Source: Azolla caroliniana
Taxonomy: Eukaryota; Plantae; Polypodiophyta
Assembly (NCBI GenBank): GCA_043228905.1
Contig: JBHGNT010000001.1
Location: 36,642,001-36,706,000, forward strand
DNA length: 64,000 nt
Direction: 5' to 3'
Position 1 is the first letter of the stretch. Each line of letters opens with the position of its first letter. Of this stretch, positions 11,493 through 26,300 are shown piece after piece. A model generated the notes under the pieces. That model had not been told where the DNA came from. It saw nothing but the letters and a program-made list of their open reading frames with translations, and did no database searches. The translations under genes were made by a program, and so were the position numbers.

Positions 11493-13479
11493 TGAGCTTC
11501 CAGACTTCAGTTTATGGTGGATCACAAGCTAATGGCCCTAAAATTGACCCCGGTTGACTAGTTTATGTGTATAAATCCCCAAATGTAACATGGTACCCTA
11601 CACTTCTCAGGGGGTAGGTGATAGAATCATATGGTAGTAGCAAAAGAACACATCAAAGTTAATTATTTTAGCAATGAGAAGAGAAAATAATGTTGCACCC
11701 AGCACCCAAAATCACCTTGCAATAGCCTAAATGAAGAAGGCACCAGAGGAATGAAAACAATGCAGAACTCAATTGCCTTGTACTATAGCCCGGAGAAACA
11801 AAAATATGGGTTTACATATCACTTCTCACTGCCCAATGGGTAAGGCATGAACAATATCGTTGCCTGAAGGTAGTGCTAACAAATCATGCCTCATATCATT
11901 AAATAAGTTCCTAATATTTATTATTGTTAACACACAAACAAGCAAATTGACCAAAAATCAAATGAGATATGACTCTCCATGTCAAGGTTTGGTGAAATTT
12001 CAATGAAGAGTATTAAGGATAAGAAACGAAAAAGGTGATTCAGATAAAAAATAGCTCCACATATCTTAAATTTATTTCATAGAAGAACAATCAATTAAGG
12101 TTGTAGATATAAACTCAAAGCATGTTAATGTAAAAGTTGATATTTGAGAAACTTGATCTTAATTAAGAGAAAAAATGACTAATTTGACATATGTTGACTT
12201 TGATCTTTAAGCAATATCACAATTACAAATAGATAACTAGAATTTGGATGATTTTAGGACAATTTAAATGAAACAAATGCCTTTACCTTTAACATGAAAG
12301 ATCAAATGCATAGGTGGAAAATGGCATTGTTGCTATTACTTTTCAAACATAAATCTTGGTAATGATTGTTAACTCGATTGATACACTTGTTCTTAATTGG
12401 ACTTCGAATGCACTTATTTTCATAGATCATTGAGTGCAATGACCATAGACTTATACAAGACAAAAACTTAACATGTTAGTTTGTGGATGATCAATTGTGT
12501 ATGTGTAAATACAAATTTACCCATGGTCATGTGGATCATGGACCAAATTTCTTGACTTTTGACTCTATTTAACCCATCCTAAGGAGAAGGGTCTTTACAA
12601 TATGAAGAAGCAAATCACATGTTTTTGAGTACTTATGGGTGAGAGAAAGTTGTGTGTAGTGTCATGCATTTCAATGTTGGGAACAAATAACACTTTCATT
12701 CATCAATTTTTTGTAACATGCATATCCTTGGGGTAGGACATTTAAGCTGTAACCACTTTAGGACCATCGAGGGTTCAATCTTAGTTAAAATACATATCAT
12801 TTCTCATAAACCACGTGCCTCAAATTAATGACCTCATTGTCTCTTAACATATTGACTTTCTTGTCCTTTTTGTTACAAACAACAAATCAAACAAAACATA
12901 CTATCTCTTTGGCATGAAAGGTTTTTCTATCGTGAGGGTACCCTAGAGGCACAAAATGGTTGAGACAAGAGGCAGATAAACAAATAAGAGTATGTTATTT
13001 ATTGGGTCAACTAATATAAATAGGCTTTTGATATGCAACAAGAATCTCTTCCTTTTACAGTGTGTGCAGAAGCTATGTTTTGTCAAGTTTAGTGCGTATT
13101 TGTGTTTTACCCTAGCCCAAGGGCTAAGACTTGGAAAAGGATAACAATGTGAAAGAAAAGAAGAACTTAAATCAAAGTCACATGAGTACCACAACAATGT
13201 CACCCTCTGTCCAAACATTTCCCATTGGGACCATACATAGAAAAAGGGACACGTGGGCAAATGCAGAAACAATTGAAGTGTTATTTTAACAAGTTTAGGG
13301 ATGTTTCATTAGCAAAGATGCTTGAACTAATGGCGTTTTTATGCTGACACTTTTCATAGGCCCATCCAGGAAGAATGGCCATGTGCGTCCACAATTACTT
13401 AAATACTACTTCAAATGGCACCTTCGTGATGGAGGTATGTATGTATTTACAACGTTTCTATTTGCTACCAAATAATAAA

Positions 13480-14139
13480 GAGGTTTGGTGAGGAAATCAC
13501 GGTCACCGATGGTGCAGAGCACGTTTCGAAAAGGCGTGTGCGATCTGCACCATCCAATCTCTATCCACAAAAAGTGTGCACCTAAAACCTAACCCGGTTT
13601 TGACGAGCCTCTGTCACGTCTAACCCATGCAGTGACATTTTCTAACCCAGGCACATCCTACCATGATATTACCAAACCCAAACAATGTCAACCTAACCTA
13701 GGCATGTGTACTTTTCCAAACCTAACCCAGTCTTTGTAATTCTATAAACTTAACCCAATCCTTCAAACCTAACCCGACGTCATGGTGCACCTAACCCAGG
13801 GACACCTATAGTGTTGCTAAAACCCCCCTTACAAATTTTCACCTAATTTTTGAATTTTTGAAACTTGTTGCACATGCACCCACACCTATACATGAACCTC
13901 CCACCTCCACCTGGTAAGTAATTTCTTCTTTTGCTTACCTACATTTATCTTTAGTTAAGGATTTAGGGTGTTATGTTTGCTTCTATGGCTTTTTGATCCA
14001 AATGAGCCGGTGGTCAAAGCCGGGCTGGTTTTTGAGCACGGATTTTTTTTGGGATAATGAGCCAACGGTGCAGATTGCACACGGCATTTGAGACGTGTCA
14101 CCTTCACCGTCCGTGGCCGCGATTTCATCACCAAGCCTC
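13480..14139. mobile_element. Non-autonomous DNA transposon with ~125 bp imperfect TIRs (Mutator-like)
   Basis: Left end GAGGTTTGGTGAGGAAATCACGGTCACCGATGGTGCA...GTGTGCGATCTGCACC matches the reverse complement of the right end GAGGCTTGGTGATGAAATCGCGGCCACGGACGGTGAA...GTGTGCAATCTGCACC. Internal CCTAACCC motifs. No clean TSD. Confidence 0.75.
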
Positions 14140-14298
14140 ATTATGATATGGTTGGAAATAGAAACGAGGATGTATGTATGTATGTATGTATGTATGCATG
14201 CATGTATGAGGGAGTGAATGGAGTGGCAGCAGTGTGAAGTGAGAAGACAAGAGAAGAGAGGGGGTAGAAGTGATTCCTGAATCAAACCCATGTGAACG

Positions 14299-17200
14299 AT
14301 GCCCATAGTTATGGGGCTTCTTGGGCACTGCAAATCCCTGTTCGTTTCAACCCTTCTTTTTGCAGGAGGAAGAATGAATCTTAACGTGATGACGATGATC
14401 AAACCTCGATGGGTGGTTCAACGAAACCATGGATTCCCTCCCTCTCTCTGCACTTGTGTTGCTGCTTCTCGTCAGCTCCAGAGCAATGTCGGTTTGCAAG
14501 ATCTTATCATGTTGGGCATTGAGACCAGCTGTGATGATACTGGTGTTGCTGTGGTATGGAAAGCATATGCTCTCTTTTCCCGTCCTCCTAGGCATTGTGT
14601 AACATAAGAGTAAGCTATAAAACATGTGTTTGTATGTATATTGCAAAAATATTTATTTCATAGTGTTTATGTGAGTGCATATACCTGTACCATATGTTTA
14701 TGTGTATGTGTGTAGTATAAGGGCTGTTATTATAGCGAGAGATGGAGAGAGATTATGTTGTGAACCAGGTAAGAGGGGACGGTGAAATTCTTGGCCAAGT
14801 TGTTTCATCTCAGGTTAGTAAAAATTTAGCTTACTTGATGATTACGTGTTACTAATTTGAATTTCACTTGTTATTGTAAATATTCTTAGAGTTTTCACTG
14901 ATTGTATTAGTGAAGTCAGACTTAATGACTCGATATGGAGGCGTGTTTCCCAAAATGGCCCAACAAGGGCATGCCGATGTCATAGATAAGGTCTACTCTT
15001 CCTCCATGGAAAAATTCAAGTTGTGTTATTAATTAATATTCCAGACTTATTTTTTCCTTTTTTAAAATGGTGTGTTAATCTACCTTGATTGTATGTAGAT
15101 GTGTATAATCAATAATAAAAGGAGTAAAAACATGACTTCTCATTATCTCATCTGCACGTTTCACTCTTTCTCTTATACTCACACATTTTCATGCAAAGAA
15201 ATTTGAACTTACTAAGGATGTCTAATATCTAAAAAGAATAAGAATTAAGGATATATTTATCATATATTTTATTATTGAAGAAGAAACTTTGTATATACAT
15301 ATGAGTCTATGACAATGCACTTAGATGGAATGTGACTAGAAATCCTAGGACAACGTAATCCTAAATGCAGAACCTACTATGGTGGTAGAAGCAAAGTTCA
15401 TATTAACCAACTGATAGGCTGTGTTATCCATTTAGTGTGTCTTCTTACCTAAATAAAAAATAAAATTTGCTATATTTTACTATACATCTTGTTCTATTGA
15501 CCTTAAGTCGTAACAGGTTGTGAGTGAAGCTCTCGCACAAGCAAACATAAGTGAATCACGACTATCAGCTGTGGCTGTTACGATTGGCCCTGGGTTGAGT
15601 TTATGTCTACGCGGTTAGTATAGTGTCAATTTTACTTCAAATTTTTGTTCAGACTTGTGATTGCTTTCATGAGCTGGGTTTTTCACAGTTGGTGTGAAAA
15701 AGGCTCGTTCTATAGCCCGTGCCCATCAGCTTCCTTGGATTGGTATTCATCATATGGAAGCTCATGCACTAGTCACCAGGTTATACTCTATTGTTAGATG
15801 TAATATTGTGCTCTATATTAATGCATCGATTTTATCTATTCTAAAACTAATGTATGTGCATATTTGCTGGAAAACTGTCTCATTTCTCTTTGCTTTCAGG
15901 TTGAGTGATAAGCAAATCGAATTTCCTTTCTTAGTTCTTCTTATATCAGGTAATTTGAACTTTGACATTACTTATGTAGCTTTTTACAATAACTATTAAT
16001 GGATTCTTCATCTTTCTACAATTCCTGAATTGCTTACTATTGGAGAGAGCTGTCAGGAGGCCACAACCTTCTCTTGCTAGCTCAAAAGGTTGGAGAATAC
16101 ATACAATTAGGAACAACCATAGATGATGCGATTGGAGAAGCTTATGATAAGACAGCAAGAATGTTGGGTTTAGACTTAGCCCGAGGGGGTGGTCCTGCTG
16201 TAGAGGAACTTGCACTCCAGGGTGATTCAAGATCGATCAATTTTTCAGTAAGTCTTGTGAATATCATGAACTACATTAAAATGTTCAAGGATAGGTTCTT
16301 ATAAGAAAATAGTTTGTCTATATGTTAGGTCCCTATGCAAAATCATCGTGACTGCAATTTCTCCTATGCTGGATTGAAGACGCAAGTCAGGAGAGCAATT
16401 GCATTGAAGGCTATGTGAGGTTTCTTATAAGGCCAATATACACCCTACCGTGCTGGATATTTTCTCATGAGAGAGTATCCCTAAGATTTAAAGAAAATGT
16501 AAACGTTTTAGGGGTATTTTGGTAAAACCCAAATAGTTAAAGGGCATTTCCCCCGCCCCCTTTTTCTATCGAACTCTAGCTAGAAACTGTATTGTTTCAT
16601 GTATGTCTTTGTATAAGTGATTCTCAACATTTGAAGGATGAAAGAGTTTTTCGTTACTGCTGAAAATCTTTTGAATTGTGGACTCCAGTGAGCCTGATTC
16701 TGTGCATATAAAGGATGCGAGTCCAGAGGATCATCAAATTCGAGCCAACATTGCTGCCTCTTTTCAGGTATTGGCATTTACTTGCCATGAATGGCATTCG
16801 TAGCCAAGAATGTATGAACCAATAAGCTTTTGTATAAATTGATTCAAGAGAATTTTCATCATTTGCAATCTAATTTTTTTGCCCGAAATTCTCAAATAGA
16901 GGGTGGCTATTCTACACTTGGAGGAAAAGTGCTCCAGAGCTATTGACTGGGCAAAATCAATAAGTCCAATCAAATCTCTGGTACTGCAGTATATTGGTTG
17001 TTGATATTTTCCCTTACTTGTACTATTTGTTCACAGTTATTCTTTCCTCAGGTGGTTTCAGGTGGTGTTGCTTCAAATAAAGTTGTCCGCAAAAGGCTTC
17101 AGGAACTGGCAGAGAAAAATAATCTTTGCCTTTCTTGCCCCCCTCCGAGCTTGTGCACAGATAATGGTCTCTCTCCTTTCTCCTCTATCTCGCTACATGT

Positions 17201-18114
17201 GTGTTTTTTTAATGGGTTTATAATCATGAAAATATATACTAGTATGCAGCTCCATATGAGATATTGGGTGATTGGTATCTAATAGGTATTGAGTGTGTTT
17301 TGTTTTTGTATTGAGGATGGTCCTATCGTTTAATTTTGCATATGAAGTTATCACATATGAGACAATGAACATATCTTCTAAATACTATTAAAATAATCCT
17401 ATAATGGCATTCTTATGCTTATAATTGCACATCTTTGTAATGATATGTCAATTTATATTGGCCGTGTTACAGGTGTAATGGTAGCGTGGACGGGAATAGA
17501 ACATTTTAAACTGGGCAGGATACAAAGGCCTCCACCTATTGATGAACCAGAGGATGTTTATGTAAGTTGGTCAAAATTTCTTTTCACGTTGGAAGAACAA
17601 CAATCACACATGAATTTGTCAAAATACTTCTTGTGGTGTGAGAATAGTCTCATACATATGAATAAGTTTGCCCAAATATCTTGTGGTATGTAAGAACAAA
17701 TCACATATGAAAAAGTTCGTAAAAATCTTTTTCACGGGTGTAATGTCCTTCACATATGAAATTTCTCAAAATCCTTCTTAAGTTGTGTAACAGAAATCAC
17801 ACATGAAAAAGTTTTTCAAAATCCATTTTATGGTGTAAGAACAATCAAGGGCATACAAAAATGTTGTTCAAGATCCTTGTGATGGTTTACAAAAAAAATG
17901 ACGCATACAAATTATGTTTCCTTTTTTCTTCTCATTTCCCTAAACAATGACTTGACACTAAATAATGGGTTGCTTATAGTTGGATTTGAGACCTCGGTGG
18001 CAGTTGGGTGAAATCTATGCAGAAGGGCAAAGCAAGGCTCGATCCTTAAAGACATCCCATGTACATCCATCACTTACAGCTGAAGTCCGCTCTAGTTTGC
18101 AGCCTCCATCATGA
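14299..18114 (+). CDS. GCP1: Organellar tRNA N6-threonylcarbamoyltransferase (TsaD/OSGEPL1/GCP1), about 13 exons
   Basis: Exons give LGIETSCDDT, YGGVFP, AVTIGPGL, HHMEAH, LISGGH, DDAIGEAYDK, FSYAGLKT, VVSGGVASN, CTDNGVMVAW and RPRW. GT-AG phases are consistent. Stop at 18112-18114. The N-terminal extension resembles a transit peptide. Confidence 0.93.
17596..17915 (+). repeat. Degenerate ~45-50 bp minisatellite (6-7 units) in the last GCP1 intron
   Basis: Recurring unit resembling AACAATCACA(C/T)ATGAAAAAGTT..CAAAATCCTT.TTGTGGTGTAAG. Confidence 0.7.
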
Positions 18115-19967
18115 ACTATTTTCATCTTGAATTTCCACCCATGTAATCAACCCTCATGCAAGGGTAAAACATATATTCTGATCGTGATTAATTTCAATTA
18201 TATTTTTTCTAAAAGATTTGTACATTATATTTGAAAGTTCCTAATCCGACGCTAAAAATTATTTTCATGTGGATTTTTATGCAGTAATTATGGTTGAATG
18301 TAATGGATTCACTAGTTGGCATCTCATACAAGCACAATCATATTGTTCAATGTAAAGAGACATTGAACACATCTCGCAAGGCATTAAAGCAACAATTAAT
18401 TCCTGAATCAATAAGAGATTGCCCTCGTAATAAATAGGAATATGCTTATTGCTATGGTGTGTCCTGTTACACAAAGTGGACATCTCTTTGTCAAAATCCA
18501 CTGATCTATGTATTTGTAACCTCTATGTAATAACAATAGAAAAGACGTTGGATTTATAACTATGGTGATAAGTTCATTCATGGATTGGAACATAGATTGC
18601 AATTACAGAGTAAGCCACATGTTCAACCAATCAAAAGCTTTGGTATGATGCTTGTTTGTATTGTGTTTATGTGCTTGTGCTCGCAATGGTGTATGTCCAA
18701 TCTAGTGGGGTATAAAGGAAAATAAATTAAATGGTGCATAATCAAGATAAACGTAGTGTCACCCTAACAATATTTGGAATGTTTGCTAAATCAATATGCT
18801 TGCAAAATTGCCTTGTTGGCACAACATCCTACTAAGGTCTATGTATATTCTTCAAATTTAATTGAATGAAAACATTGTTTAATAGTTTCCATTTGAAGCT
18901 TTTAAGCTACTACAAGAACGCACAAAGATCATTGAATCGGTATCTTTAATTCAAGCCAACAAGCAAGAGATTTGTAGTGAACTCTAATTTAGAAATTAAA
19001 GCAACGAATTGCTTTGCAAGGTAAACTATTACTTAGTGGTAGACAATGGTTGAAATTAATACTTCTTGTTTACAAATGTGTTAGGTCAATGTGTCATAGG
19101 ATAGGAAGCTTACATTGAAATTCACACCCAAACTCATCAATAACCTAATATTGTAAGCAATGTAGAGGAGGCTAAGACAAACAATGTTTGAAAATAAGAT
19201 TGTTCTTATAGAACAACTGTTTTTAGGTTAAATTGTCATAAATAGGAAGCTTATCAATAACCTAATATTGTAAACAAACAAGCAAAGGCTAGGGAAAAAA
19301 AGAAGCCCAAAGTGCTCATATCCAACATATATAACATATAGCATTGATTCATGATGTCCAGAAATGCAATCTCTACAAATCGATACATTTTTTGTTTTGC
19401 ATCTTGTAAAATAGCGACTTAAGTTGGAGGTACAAAATAAAAGCCTTAACACACACACACGTGTATGTGTGTATGGGTTAAAATGTAGTTTGACATACAT
19501 ATATGTATGTATGGACTTTGGTCTTTAATAGAAAAGAGTGTGTGGTTAGGCATCCAAGATCTAATTTGCTGGTCTCTGGCCCGAGTACAAGCTAAGGGGT
19601 TTGTCTCAAGCCCAATTGGCTCATTATTGTGATCATGTTTGATCAAATGGCCATCCCCGAGCTATGGGCACGTCTCTGGCCGAACTGAGTCTAGAGTATG
19701 GTCAACCATACGCCCATTCACGAACTAATGGAAGTCCCGATCCCATCTCTTGGCTTGCAATGGTTGTATTACCTGACGAACCCACATTTTGGCCTAATAT
19801 TTTAATTCATGCTATGGAAAAAGGGAGAACAAAATCTGATCAGATGTTGAATTGCTCATTGTGAGCAGACCATTGAAAACCCAAAAATGGAACAGGATTA
19901 ATTGTTTCTTCTTCACTGATTTCTATATAGTTCGTCTGTGACCAATGGAAACATCAGCGCAGAAGCA

Positions 19968-22288
19968 ATGATGGAAAAGAAAGGAATTGCTATGGAATTG
20001 GAATTGCTATGGAAACCTCACAATCCAAGCCATAAGGTATGCAAAACTTCATCACTTTCTGTCAAATGATACAATTTGTGTATTCTATTTATTTATTAAA
20101 TTTCAAAGTTCAGTGTATTCATTAACATGATTCTTCAATATTCAAGCAGAAAAGTGCTCATAAGCTTCTTTGGAGTCACAGTTGCGTCAATCCTTATTGG
20201 GTCCAGGAGGCTCTAAAACCGAAAAGATCAAAAAAAGGACGTGTCAGTTATATGAGAAAGAGATTAATCCATTTAAAGGCAAAAAAAACAGAGGACAAAA
20301 TGGAGGAAAAATTGTTTATTTTCAGGGAAAGCAATGTGCAGAATGATGATGATGAGAGTTTGGGCGGTCCTGATTCTCTTATCGGTTTACTCAAATCTTG
20401 TGCGAGAAAAAAGGATATTCATAAAGGAACCCTAATCCATGCTGATATTGCCAAAAGAGGGATTCTTAAAAGGGATGTTTTAGTCGGCAGCACTTTAGTA
20501 TATATGTACGCCAAATGTGGGAAACTTGCGAAAGCTCAAGGAGTATTCGATGAGCTCCCAATTAGAGATATAGTATCATGGAACATATTGATACTTGGAT
20601 ATGTTGAGCATGGATATAGTGAAGAAGCACTGAATGCTTTTCAACATATGCAACGGCATGATGGCCTTTCTCCTAATGCAATAACATTTGTTTGCATCTT
20701 GAAAGCATGTGGCCACCTAAGAGCAATGGAGAAAGGGCAAGATATACATGTCGTGCTTATGAAAGATGGTTTGCTTAAAAATAATATATTGGTTGGGAAT
20801 GCATTGGTAGATATGTATGTGAAATGTGGTTCACTTGGAAAGGCAAAAGAAGTGTTTGATGATCTTCCATTCCGAGATGTAGTGTCCTGGACTATGCTAA
20901 TTGCAGGATATACCCAACATGGATACGGTGAGGTAGCATTGAAATGTTATGAATGTATGAAACAAGAGGGTGTTGAACCAGATGAAATTACATTTCTTTA
21001 TGTGTTGAAGGCTTGTGGTAGCGTAGGAGCTGTTGATAAAGGCCAAGAAGCCCATGGTGAGATCATAAGCAAAGGGATATTGAACAAAGATGTCTTTCTT
21101 GGAAATGCATTGGTTGATATGTATACAAAATGTGGCGATCTTGCAAGAGCACGACATGTGTTTAATAATCTTGAAGTTAAGAATGTAATATCCTGGACTA
21201 CATTAATCACAGGGTATGCTGGATGTGGCCTTTGCTATAGAGCAATACACTGTTTTCAAGACATGCAACGTAGTGGTCTTCAGCCAGATGAATTTACCTT
21301 AGTTTGCATTTTGAAGGTTTGTGGCAAGATAGGAGCAATTGACCGGGGCCAGGAAATACATGCTGAGATTGTGAAACAAGGGCTCTTGAGGAGATCAAGC
21401 ATTTCTCTTGGAAATGCATTGGTTGAAATGTACGCTAAATGCAATGCCCTTGAAAATGCGCATCTAGTCTTCAATGAGCTTTCTAGTCGCAATTTATTGA
21501 CGTGGAATGCACTAATTTCAGGATACGTTGAACATGGTTATGGTGAGAAAGCAATGCATTTTTATGAGCTTATGCGAAATGAGGGTCTGATTCCAAATGC
21601 AATGACTTTTATTTGTATCTTGAAGGCATGTGGAAGTATGGGTGCAACTTCCGTAGGCCAACAAATACACGAAGAGATGATAAATATGAGATTATTAGAG
21701 ATAGATAATCTAGTAGTTGGAACTGCCTTGATAGATATGTACGTCAAGTGTGGTTTTGTTGCAAAAGCACAAGAAGTATTTGATGAACTCCCAATTAAGG
21801 ACACAGTCACTTGGACCATGTTACTTTCGGGATATGCTCAGCTTGGAAAGCATGATATTGTATTCAATTCATTAGACAAAATGATGAGAGAGGAAGGTAT
21901 ACGTCCAGATTCAATGACATTCTCCATTGTGCTAAACACATGTTGTCATTCAGGATTACTGCATGAAGGCCAACTATACTTTAAGGCTATGAACAAATGT
22001 TATGGTGTTAGTCCAACTATAGAGCATCATAGTTGCATGATTGACCTTTTTGGACGAGCCGGATGCTTTGACGAAGCGTTAGGAATGATGAAAGAGATGC
22101 CTTTTCATGCAGACCTGACATTGTGGCATATTTTGTTGGGTGCTAGTAAAAAATGGGGAGATGAAAAAATTGGAAGGTTTGCTTTTGAGAATGCAATCCA
22201 GATGAATAAAAACGATGATGTGGCATATGCATGTATGAGCTACATTTACGCAGGTGGACATGCAAAAGCAGGAATAGAAATTCAATGA
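19968..22288 (+). CDS. PLS-class PPR protein, E-type, no DYW (exons 19968-20036 and 20150-22288)
   Basis: 678 aa ORF of PLS triplets plus E1 and partial E2. A phase-0 GT-AG intron joins the exon MMEKKGIAMELELLWKPHNPSHK in frame. Confidence 0.9.
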
Positions 22289-23369
22289 GAAATATACTAG
22301 AAGCCATAGATTGTTGAGTTATAAAACAACGATGTTATGGAAGCATTACTGTGTTGTAACTTAAACTTCTTTGAGAAAGAAGAAAGAAAGATATATTAAC
22401 TTCTTCTAAGGCCAAATTTAACCCATGAGACAATTGGTGTACAACAAAATGGGGTTTTTATCCAATCATCAGAACTGATAATAATAATAATAATAAGATA
22501 ATATCTATGAAGACATGAATTTTGCAAAGGTTCTGTTTTAGGACACAATTTGATTGAAGGACTTGCATACCTACCTCTTTCCAACAATATCAAGGATCCA
22601 AGGATATTATTTTGAGTTCAATTAAACCTGTCTAACTACCTCTAAGAAAACAAGCACTTAATGAATGCATTTGTTTACACACGTTATTCATATGATGTCA
22701 TCATAATATTCATGTCATATTTCTAGTGATGACATGTTTGAGATGCTAAATCAATTCCACATTCAATGTAACAAACATTTGTAACATTGAAGATATATCA
22801 AGGACTACTGTGATCATCACTTATTTATTAGGATCAATCATGACTTTTCCACTCACTTTCAATGAAATATTAAAGTATTAAATGATGTATATCATTGAAA
22901 AAAATTAATGATCCCAATTGAACATTCAATCCAAGCTTGGAACTATTGTCGATAAAGATATTTAATATCAAAATATGAGTCTTCTCTCTTTCACTGCCAC
23001 TTGACTCAAAAATAGATCCTACGCAACCAATCAAACAAAAGATACAGTATTCTGCAACGACGACGTGATATACACCACTTACATTGCTTTTCATATTTAC
23101 TTCGAGCTTCAAAGCAAATAGCAAATAGCTATCATCTATCAGTTTAGCTATTACAATAAGATACAATGTACTTACTGATTTACACTGTATAAATGTTTAT
23201 TTCAATATAAGAATAGGATGATCTCAAGAACTGAAAGGCTTTTGAGGCTCAGTTAAATACAGGTGGTAGAATGCTAAGGATTATAAAATCAACAAATGGA
23301 GAGTTGGTTATGCCTCCATCTCCAGAGATCTGGAATGAACGGTTATATTATCAACATTAACATCAAAGC

Positions 23370-26300
23370 TTAGCAGACATGAGACTTTGATGAGAGGCTT
23401 CCTAAAATATTTTCAGCTGCCTCCTTGATGCTGTTGAAATCCATGTTTATGTATCTCCCCCTGACAGTACCAAGGAATAGCTAAGTTGATTATTTAAACA
23501 AACATCTGCTGCAATATCCAACAACTTTTACTTAACTGATACATATTTAGTACCTAACACACGCGCGCGTGCACACACACACACACATGTTATAGAGATA
23601 CAGTGACAGTGCTTAACCCATCCACCTTTTCGTTTTAGTCATGAGAACATTTACCAGAAGTGATTCTGGGACCATATACTCGAAGGATAAGCAGGACTTG
23701 AGATCCCGTGAAAGATTCTCGCAATAGATCTGCTGCTAAAGCTTTGGGATGAGTTGTTCTGTAAGAATACCTGCATGAATTTCCCTAAATTTAGTGTGCT
23801 CAAAATGAGAAAGTCATATTGACATCAACCCAACGTGGGATCAGAACTGATCTGCAAAATCACACATTCCACATGGGAGGACCATTTTTAAAAACAATAG
23901 TTTTACTTTTGATGCGGATATCAATGAAGTTAATATGGGCATCAAGTCAAAAAACTGGCACTGCAAATCAATATGATCAGTCTCAGGTGTGTGCACTTAG
24001 GCATATGCAAACAAATTAAAAAGTTAAGGACCTATATCCTAGATTTTAAGCAGATACTAATAAATGCTAGGATACCAAATAACTAAATGCAATCAGCTTT
24101 GCCATTGTGGAGTAGGAGCAAAATGGCAATGTTACCTTGATGTCAGCTTTTAAGAACGAGCTGTAGACAAAGTCCAAAAGAAATTGTTTTCAGTTGTGTA
24201 TATATATATTGTGCATACGTAATATAAGATTAAAAGTTAAATTTTTTGTTGTGCAACAAAGCACCTGTTATGTTTGACAATGTCTGGTACTTTGCACTGT
24301 GTGTATTCTTCCTCTGACTCGAAGTAGCGTTCCACTGTCTCTTGCAAGTAAGATTCTGATGATGTGACTTCTTTGCTGGTTAAGCTACTGGCAGTTTGAA
24401 AAATAAAATCTAACTTCTTCACCTGGAAACGACCAAACAGTGAATTTAAAACACTACAACAGCATCTGAATCCCTAAAGAAAAATACAATGGGAAGGTTT
24501 ACCCTAAACAATAAAGAAATATTGGGCTCTTGCAAATTTTTCACAAATCTTATCTTCAAATTGCAAACCTTCGTCCCTATTGTTTTCCCTGAATTGGGCA
24601 TGAGAAATTTTACCTTCAGAAACTCCATTCTGGAAAATCGTTCTCTGATTTCGAATGCCAATGCATCCAAATCTGCAGGAACTTGGAGAATATAAAAGCA
24701 TAATGCAGGAGCTTTAAGAGTGAAAGAAACCTCTCCTGTCACCTGTACAAATAGGAAGATTCACAAGGCTTCGCAGGCAATGAGTATAGAATACACAAAA
24801 GAAAACAAATAATATATCTTTTATGATGAAAACCTGAAGTTGTTGGAGCTGCTGCTGTAGATTCTGCAGCTTCAGACCCATGTGATTGGCTACAGCAGGC
24901 AATTCAAAGTTGTATTCCCCACGCTTTTCCTGGCTTCTGTTCACATCGAAGAAGAAACCTATGATTCTCACATAGAAACCAAATGATATCATATACAACC
25001 AAACAAATTTCAGCACAAGATTTACTTCTTCAAAATTGCATCAACCAAGAGGCTATTCCTAGCCATTTGAATGGGCGAACTCTGAGGTTAAACAGGAAGA
25101 GTAAAGATTAAGCATAAGATGAAGCAGAAATGCTATATAAAAACTGGAATAATCAGATGTAACCTTGTGAAACTGCAATGTGCACATAATCTTATGCTCA
25201 GGAAGGACAGATACATATTGCCTATCAACTTCTAGGTATGATAAAGTAGTCACCAGTACCTGCAAGAAAGGTTAGTTCAAATGACATAAGAAAACTGTAT
25301 TGTAGAGCAATTACTAGAGAGCACAAGATTCGTGTTATTTTGCGAGCCCAAAAGTCTGAAACAATTTAAAGACTTAATATATTGTGTGTCCCTAACAAAG
25401 TGACCACTGAAGGAAAAAAAATACGAGCATGTATTTTATATACTTGGCTGTACCTCCATTTTCAGATCCAAATCCTTTGTTGCAGATTCAATCAGGATTG
25501 ATTTTATCCAATTGGAAGTATTCTCCAGAGAGGTTTCTAAGAAAATCTTGGATAACAAGTTTTTGATTGCTAATACATCGACATTCTCGCTGAACAAAAA
25601 TAAAGCAAATATACATTGATTGATTTGTCTAGAGTGAAATGCATTCCTAGTTAGATGGAGTCTAGCATTAAGCACATGCAATCAAAGAACCTGAAAGCCA
25701 AACTCCGCAATTTTAAGTAATTACTGTCATCCACAAATATGTGACAGTGAGCAGGGGTTCCATTGCGTCCTGCACGACCTGTTTCCTGTGAATTAAAAAA
25801 GAAGATCGTTTCAGTAGTTATCCATAAAAAAATTATAGATTTAATCACTGCAAAAAAATATCTTTACCTGCATGTAGTGTTCCAGACTGTTTGGTAATCC
25901 ATAGTGAATCACCTGGTACCAATCAAGTGCAATTGAATACATAATTTCACAAGAAAAATAATGAAGTTGACAATTCATACTGTATAAATTTTTTGACTAT
26001 CGAGCTCTTTAGCATGTTTAAATTCACAAAGTATTAAGATTATATGGGTAAGCTGCTGACGTGTTACGTACCGCATTCACATCACTCTTATCAAGACCAA
26101 GCCCAAAGGCAACAGTTGCCACAACCTACAAAGGCAGTTAAACTATATGCTCAACAAATGGATACACTCTCTTCTGTATGGCAAACATTTCATCAACAAA
26201 TTTTTCTAGAATGAGGTTTGTTTACCACTCGTAATTTGTTACTGCAAAAAAGCTCCTGTGTTCGCTTCCTTTCTGCTGGGTTCATCCCTCCATGATAGCT

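Noticed and set aside
17596-17915. CRISPR-like periodicity
   Set aside because: Eukaryotic intron with degenerate units, no constant repeat/unique spacer structure and no cas genes.
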